A stretch of DNA of 64,000 nucleotides from Phoronis australis (taxonomy: Eukaryota > Animalia > Phoronida): NCBI GenBank assembly GCA_002633005.1, contig NMRA01000371.1, forward strand, positions 365,572-429,571, read 5' to 3'. The notes beneath the pieces are model-generated. The model searched no databases. It was not told the origin of the DNA and was given only the letters and a program-made list of their open reading frames with translations. Shown one piece after another: positions 60,001 through 64,000 of the stretch. Numbering within the stretch: position 1 is the stretch's first letter; the number at the start of each line of letters is the position of its first letter. The translations under genes and the position numbers were made by a program.

Positions 60001-62798
60001 GTATGTATTCTCATTAGTTATAGCAACAAACCCATCGTATATATATATACCTGGTTGCCCAATGAAAAGTTGTAAGTAACTTATAAGACTTGTCAGCTGA
60101 TTCATGCACAATTAGCCATGCCAGTTTGCTTCCGTCGCACACATTTTACATTTGACGCAAATTTGTAATCAATTTACTCCAGTCTATACTATTTTTAAAG
60201 TTCCACAATTTTGCCATATAAACCATTGATTCCATTTCTAAGCTATTATTATTTTTTTTCGCAAATTTCCAGTCTATACTATATTCTACTCTTCTAGTGG
60301 CAAAAATTTCTGGTCTATACTATTATTGCTGTCTCTATAACTATTCAGAACTCTAGAGTATAAACCAATACTTGGTAGAGGTTTCACAAACCTACATGTA
60401 CAGGTACTTACTTTAACATGTAATTTTTACACAGATGTTCATGTGCTTGAAGGTTTACTGAAACTTGCTGGCATATTTTTATGTTATGACAGCTAGGAGC
60501 TGAATTGGTATAATTAGTTTACAAAACTGTAGTGCAGGGTTAGCTGTGCCATGGTGGTGTTATGGTCATCAGGGTCGTAGCAGGGGTATGTGAGACATAT
60601 GCTATCCTCACGAATTTTGAGAGGGGTCTGCAAATAATGACCGAAGGCTGAGACATGAAATGACCAGGTGGGATGAAAGTGGCTGTGACTTGGTGGATTA
60701 ATCCTGAAATTTGTGACGGAGTGAGGAGTCAAAGTGGTGACACCCGATAGTGAAAATGGAATTCAGAATTTGATGAGTTTGGATAGTTGATTCTTCCTGC
60801 GCCCTTAGTAATCTTTACCTTCCACCGGTGAATCCAAGATGTTGGAAGGGAGCACATACAACTTCTTAAGGATGTATCCGTGTCCCTGCCCCTGACAAAA
60901 ATACCTAACTCTAGCGCTGTTTTGTGTCATCGGTGGTAGCTTTTGTGGATGTCAGGAACATTTTGCTGACATAGGTTTGAGTATTTTGATGTGAAATGGC
61001 TGGTTCTGCCTGGGAGCTGAAAGGTGCCATTTGATCGACATCTTCAGAAGCTGGAAATTAAGTGAACTGAAAAAGGATATTAATATGGCTTTCTTCTTTT
61101 TACAATATTTGAGCCCTGAGCAATTATTTGCTTGTTTAGGATGTCATTTTGACATTTTGGTCCCAGTCAAATAAAATTAAAATGCCAAAATTAAGGGCAC
61201 TAATAAAAGTATTTCCACCCCCTAATTATTTGAATTCCCCAATTTGGTGCCAGAGTGTATCCCGTCTTGCCATCTTGTGGATATTTAGTGAAACAGTGAG
61301 CTGTACAGCACAAGACTCGGTATACCGTGCTATACACTGCACTTCAACTACATGACTACACTATGCTATACATTCACAAGAGAATATTGTGCTGTACTTC
61401 AACTACAAGACTCCGTATACTGTGCTTTTGATAGCTGCACTTCAACCACAAGACTGTCCATACTGTGCTATACAGCTGCACTTTAACTACAGGACTACAC
61501 TTACCGTACGTGGTAAACATACACTGCACTTTAACTGCAGGACTACATTTACCGTTCGTGGTAAACATACACTGCACTTAGCTACGAGATTGTATATCCT
61601 GCTTCATATACTCATGACTATACCCTTACTATACATTTAACAAAGCTTATCCTCCTGTTGATATAATTTGCCCCAATTCTCCCTGACCATTGTTAATCTC
61701 TGTTGTTGTTGTTGTTGTTGTTGTTGTTGTCGTCATGATAACAATGTTTATAAGCCCAGAATGGTGTCCAATGTATGTTACTCATCCAGTTATGACATAA
61801 TGCAAAACAAAAAATAAATCAATTTCAGGACTTACTTTATATAAATGATGACATGGTATCCCCATCTTGAAGACAGTCTGTATAAGTCTCCGAGATGCGG
61901 ATGCTTTGTTATCATTTATATAATTTAAAAGTCTAGAAATTGATTTAGTTTTGTTTTACATCTTCCTGCATGTAGTTGGTCTACCTTGAACAACTCTCAT
62001 TTCTGAATCTCATCTTGTCATAACATGCTTACTTTCCTAGACTAATGTAACCATGGATACTTGAGAATGTTCAAGTTTGTGTTGGGAAAGAACGCAATAT
62101 GTACCCCTGTGATAGGCCCTGAATTAACAAAAAAGCTACACCTGAAGTTAAATTTGTCTTTCACTCTTCTGCTGCAAGTCGCGTACGGTAAAGTTTCTTC
62201 AAAATAGGGTGGAACGATGAAATTTTATTTTCTGAAACTTTTCAAAAAAGCATGAACAAGGAAATGATTTTACATAATTATTCAAAAAGTTTATACGTAT
62301 AGCATGACTGCCATCAAGAAACAATGAAATTTTGAACATTTTTGGCAACACAGTAAACTTTTGAAAAACAAAAAATAACAGTTTTTGTCATTATAATTCT
62401 TTTAGGAAACTTTACTGTATTATGTTTAGTAATTATTTTATTGTGAGTAAACTTACAATGTATGTACGTACTCCCCAGCACTAACAACTTCTGTGGGTGT
62501 CAGGTTTGCCCAAAAATTAAGTTGGTTTTCTTCTTATCATTAATAATGCTTGAATATCAAGTTAAATAATATGCTTCTGATGTGTGGAATGTTTGATTGC
62601 TGATTATGAGCTCTTCGATTTTATTCCAGCTCTGACATGTCCACCTTCAACTTTGGCAAGTTGCCCAGACTAGTGCAGGACAAGTCCACTCTGCGTGATA
62701 GTCCAACATGGCAGCCTCCACCCGTAGCAGCCATGCCAGCACCAGTGTACATGGGTGATACATCGTTTGATGTGAACATCAACTCATCATACGCGTGA
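32650..62798 (+). CDS. Anoctamin / TMEM16 family protein (Ca2+-activated channel or scramblase family), about 983 aa
   Basis: Exons 32650-33015, 33369-33447, 35778-35878, 37214-37316, 37873-38212, 38679-38765, 39256-39350, 40429-40640, 41630-41822, 42312-42421, 44066-44217, 45167-45350 (or copies 47471-47580, 49229-49380, 49809-49992), 50479-50608, 51738-51877, 52872-52952 or 53880-53960, 54419-54624, 55373-55491, 56460-56523, 58875-58895, 62630-62798 join in phase (2952 nt). Motifs DYVLV, QPxxxVRNYFGEKIAFYFAW, LEVWKR, ENHRTQTDY, KLFAFQFANNYSSLFYIAF, EYxExVIQYGY, PIAPL, QDIGMW, IPD. The C-terminal tail exons are less certain. Confidence 0.93.
33369..33447 (+). CDS. Anoctamin exon: GEIDDEDDILGCCGKMEDKLFNTDDS
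   Basis: taatag acceptor, G|gtaggc donor; phase bridges the neighbours. Confidence 0.8.
35778..35878 (+). CDS. Anoctamin exon: VDFISAPFIRAKIHLF...TFFNRSLRAFL
   Basis: APF...F...FF...R pattern; splice sites. Confidence 0.9.
36056..36166 (+). pseudogene. THAP zinc-finger N-terminal remnant (transposon-derived)
   Basis: MPMKCYCCAADCNSN...DVKFFAF* resembles the THAP start MPxxCxxxxC...FFxFP, truncated by a stop. Confidence 0.5.
37214..37316 (+). CDS. Anoctamin exon: THHILINLDIRSKDERFLDTDGDGDKEEDLLAKR
   Basis: ttccag acceptor, G|gtcact donor; phase fits. Confidence 0.8.
37873..38212 (+). CDS. Anoctamin exon with TM1: GLPYLL...LHD...YFGEKIAFYFAW...YGLYQ
   Basis: Family signature sequence. Confidence 0.96.
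38679..38765 (+). CDS. Anoctamin exon, TM1-TM2 loop: SATESELKSQSANQTTNTTQADDFFALAQ
   Basis: ctgcag acceptor, gtaaat donor, phase 2-2; N-glycosylation sequons NQT and NTT. Confidence 0.75.
39256..39350 (+). CDS. Anoctamin exon: VKDEVF...CDNEATPFFSLVMCLW
   Basis: DNxxTxFF...W motif before TM2. Confidence 0.92.
39428..39572. repeat. 13-bp minisatellite (tggcactgtaccg), about 11 copies
   Basis: Seen directly. Confidence 0.95.
40429..40640 (+). CDS. Anoctamin exon: GTIYLEVWKRK...EPDRPQY...FILVM
   Basis: LExWKR and RPQY motifs. Confidence 0.95.
41543..41637 (+). repeat. 31-bp tandem repeat x3 spanning a splice acceptor
   Basis: gtatttggatacattcttgttacag|atactg. Confidence 0.95.
41630..41822 (+). 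CDS. Anoctamin exon, TM3-TM4: ILVVFISVGGVIVYR...KLTDW
   Basis: VIVYR and LTDWE motifs; only the last of three repeated acceptors keeps frame. Confidence 0.93.
42312..42421 (+). CDS. Anoctamin exon, TM5 (copy A): ENHRTQTDYDDALIIKLFAFQFANNYSSLFYIAFLRG
   Basis: Family signature sequence. Confidence 0.95.
44066..44217 (+). CDS. Anoctamin exon, TM6 (copy A): NVGAQG...CGTDNNCMAMLSFQVLILMIVKPFPKLLKDILLP
   Basis: Cys pair plus TM6; splice sites. Confidence 0.92.
44236..44720. mobile_element. 485-bp hAT-like non-autonomous element, 13-bp perfect TIRs, 6-bp TSD, present in one copy only
   Basis: TTGTTT-CAGGGCTTGGAAT...ATTCCAAGCCCTG-TTGTTT; empty site gatattgtttaaattc at about 49389-49404. Confidence 0.92.
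45075..45177 (+). repeat. 33-bp tandem repeat x3 spanning a splice acceptor (single unit in the other copy)
   Basis: aagttacctgtgtgtacattttatag|atttata. Confidence 0.95.
45167..45350 (+). CDS. Anoctamin exon, TM7 (copy A): FIKKC...EYTEKVIQYGYLM
   Basis: EYxExxIQxG motif. Confidence 0.92.
45753..46154. repeat. 39-bp minisatellite, about 10 copies (about 1.6 copies at 50399-50463)
   Basis: aatgattgtgtagcaccctaatgtactcattgttattgt. Confidence 0.97.
46156..47395. repeat. 34-bp minisatellite, about 36 near-perfect copies (about 2 copies at 42160-42236)
   Basis: gaggcaccccattgctttgtatgatggccaccag. Confidence 0.98.
47471..47580 (+). CDS. Anoctamin TM5 exon, copy B (probable other haplotype)
   Basis: Three synonymous differences from 42312-42421. 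Confidence 0.8.
49229..49380 (+). CDS. Anoctamin TM6 exon, copy B
   Basis: One synonymous difference from 44066-44217. Confidence 0.8.
49809..49992 (+). CDS. Anoctamin TM7 exon, copy B
   Basis: Two synonymous differences from 45167-45350. Confidence 0.8.
50479..50608 (+). CDS. Anoctamin exon, TM8: LFAVALPIAPLIALLTNLFDRGTDAKRLLWIYRRPISYIAQDI
   Basis: PxAP, DAxR, RRP and QDIG motifs. Confidence 0.95.
51738..51877 (+). CDS. Anoctamin exon, TM9 to start of TM10: GMWFPILRFINIVGVISNAFIICFT...AAIVFE
   Basis: GxW and VISNAFII motifs, FE|H junction. Confidence 0.93.
52872..52952 (+). CDS. Anoctamin TM10 exon, variant A: HVIFGVKYTIHVAVPDIPQDVKLSIRR
   Basis: 81 nt, phase 0-0, cctag acceptor, AGG|gtaact donor; paralogous to 53880-53960. 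Confidence 0.85.
53470..53795. repeat. 29-bp minisatellite, about 11 copies, between the two TM10 exon variants
   Basis: tatgcatatcacatcagttctacaagcct. Confidence 0.95.
53880..53960 (+). CDS. Anoctamin TM10 exon, variant B: HVVFGLKYLIEIAIPDVPSDVRLAMRR
   Basis: 81 nt, phase 0-0, tcacag acceptor, AGG|gtaagt donor. Confidence 0.9.
54419..54624 (+). CDS. Anoctamin exon: EKYQVSRILE...Gly-rich...EENPSSR
   Basis: Continues RR|EKY as in other anoctamins; ctgcag acceptor, gtacca donor. Confidence 0.85.
54628..54800. repeat. 14-bp minisatellite (atgcatacagtgat), about 12 copies, directly after a donor
   Basis: Seen directly. Confidence 0.95.
55302..55397 (+). repeat. 50-bp tandem duplication spanning a probable splice acceptor
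   Basis: tgtgattgtaattatttcaag|ggtgtctcctgaagt(c/t)agtctgtac x2. Confidence 0.9.
55373..55491 (+). CDS. Probable anoctamin tail exon: VSPEVSLYPLLDELEAEEEEKARVRQKKKKKKRKPKHGE
   Basis: Phase-compatible and purine-rich; donor could be at 55485 or 55491. Confidence 0.65.
55790..56030. repeat. Degenerate repeat array (gatagcaccgacgactag...) probably inside a non-autonomous DNA element
   Basis: Repeated gatagc / gacgactagacag units; agtgtgaaca motifs in both flanks. Confidence 0.6.
56460..56523 (+). CDS. Probable anoctamin tail exon: DDPEDPETPRRSHHLDPIDST
   Basis: ttacag acceptor, AG|gtacaa donor; phase 1-2 fits. Confidence 0.55.
57878..58010. repeat. 33-bp minisatellite x4
   Basis: cactagttggtgttgtgttatcctgcaagaggt. 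Confidence 0.9.
58875..58895 (+). CDS. Candidate 21-nt microexon (RTQPGPSG)
   Basis: TG-rich tract plus tcag acceptor, GG|gtgagt donor, symmetric phase 2-2. Confidence 0.5.
59790..59860 (-). mobile_element. tRNA-Glu-like SINE head or tRNA pseudogene
   Basis: Minus strand gtggtctagtggttaggactgtgagttctcactcaggcaaccagggttagaaactc resembles tRNA-Glu(CTC) with a broken T-arm. Confidence 0.45.
61325..61600. repeat. Degenerate tandem repeat of about 48 bp
   Basis: ctgcactttaactacaggactacac... units. Confidence 0.75.
62630..62798 (+). CDS. Probable anoctamin last coding exon: SDMSTFNFGKLPRL...DVNINSSYA*
   Basis: ttccag acceptor, phase 2, GC-richer coding-like composition, TGA stop. Confidence 0.65.
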
Positions 62799-64000
62799 TC
62801 TGTCTGCGGGTTTGGGAAGTCATCATTGAAAATTAATTCAAACAAAAAGAATTGAAAATTTTCCAATTTTAAATGGTGACTTAACTTTGCTTTAAGTAGC
62901 TAAAAATTTTCATGTTCTTTGAGAACAGTTATAGTTATGATAATTACAATTGTACAAAATTCCTAATGTTACATTTTGATGAAAATGTCGATAAAGTCAA
63001 AATTTTTCACCCCTAGTGTGTGCTAAATAGGTAAACAATCATACATCATACATTAAAAGCCTTTATGTTGAGTGGACCAAATCGAAATTAAAAAAAATGT
63101 TTTCTTCACTTGTGTGAAAGTCGGATTGTGCTTTGGCAATTGAGCTTTGGTTGAGGTGAAGCAGTGGGCCTGTGAGTCTCAACAATGGAGCCAGTGGCGG
63201 ACTCAGGATTTTGTCAAGGGGATACAAGAGGCTTTTCTTCCTATTTTTGTTTTTGGACTCTTTCTGTTAGTTTTCTGTTTCCTCTTGCTTTAAGTGTGCT
63301 GGCTAATTTGTTAGTTTTGTAAGTGTCCACAAGGTAGCACTATTTTGTGCTGTGTGTTAACACAAGGCAACACAGAGGTATACATTTTGTATCACCAGCC
63401 ACTCCTTGATATTACCAGTGATGTGTCTTTGCTAATGCAATGGAGCATGTATAAATCATCTACTAGGTTTCAATACTCTGGAAATTAAGCCATTCAATCA
63501 CTTTGACCAGACTGCTGTGGTAGTGTTTGGCCAGTGTTTATTTGTTTACCTCATATCAGAAACTTTGTGAGATTCTTGCCTCATTGAATGGTTCACTGTG
63601 CTTATAAACAGTGATCCTACAAATCACAAGTCTGTTCAAGCTAGGTGAACCATAGTGAGACATGCTTAGGTTTACTGCTTGTAGGCTACCACTACTATCA
63701 ATGCATAATTCAGTTGAGTACTATTTACCAATAGTTGAATCAATATGTTTTAACAACTGAAAAGGAATTGCATCTCAACAACGTCTGGCCTCGAAGACAA
63801 ATTTTACAGAGTGAGATTCTTGTTATGGGCTGGTGTTTGATATCAAAGCCAGTTATACGTTACTGTTCATGAAATGTAACAGTTTCTAATTCTACCTGTG
63901 TACTGTATTGTTAAAAGGATACCAAACTCAATTTTGGCCAGAAACTAAGTACGTAAAGCTCTTTTATTCTTTAAAATAGAATAATACTCTCCTTCGGCAA

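Overview
Animal (invertebrate-type, AT-rich, repeat-rich) genomic window with three spliced genes, reconstructed by hand from GT-AG boundaries and reading phase. (1) The 3' ten coding exons of a molybdo-flavoenzyme on + (1271-13848), closer to aldehyde oxidases than to xanthine dehydrogenase. (2) A complete 11-exon OST3/OST6-family gene (TUSC3/MAGT1-like, about 334 aa) on - (27870-15910), containing a U12-type GT-AG intron. (3) An anoctamin/TMEM16 gene on + (32650-62798, about 983 aa) with an unusual Ca2+-site sequence, short extracellular loops and a candidate pair of mutually exclusive 81-nt exons (52872-52952 and 53880-53960) that swap His/Glu at the TM10 third Ca2+ site. Two blocks are duplicated across single-N joins (27159-28503 vs 28985-30323; about 42.2-46.15 kb vs 46.16-50.46 kb). 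These are probably uncollapsed haplotypes and expose allelic differences, including a 485-bp hAT-like insertion with a 6-bp TSD and reciprocal VNTR expansions. The strongest recurring pattern is at least six tandem repeats whose unit spans a splice site, creating arrays of decoy donors or acceptors; one is in-frame and differs between the two haplotype copies. MITEs, a Penelope-like remnant and tRNA-derived SINE heads are also present. No searches were run, so family calls come from recognised motifs.
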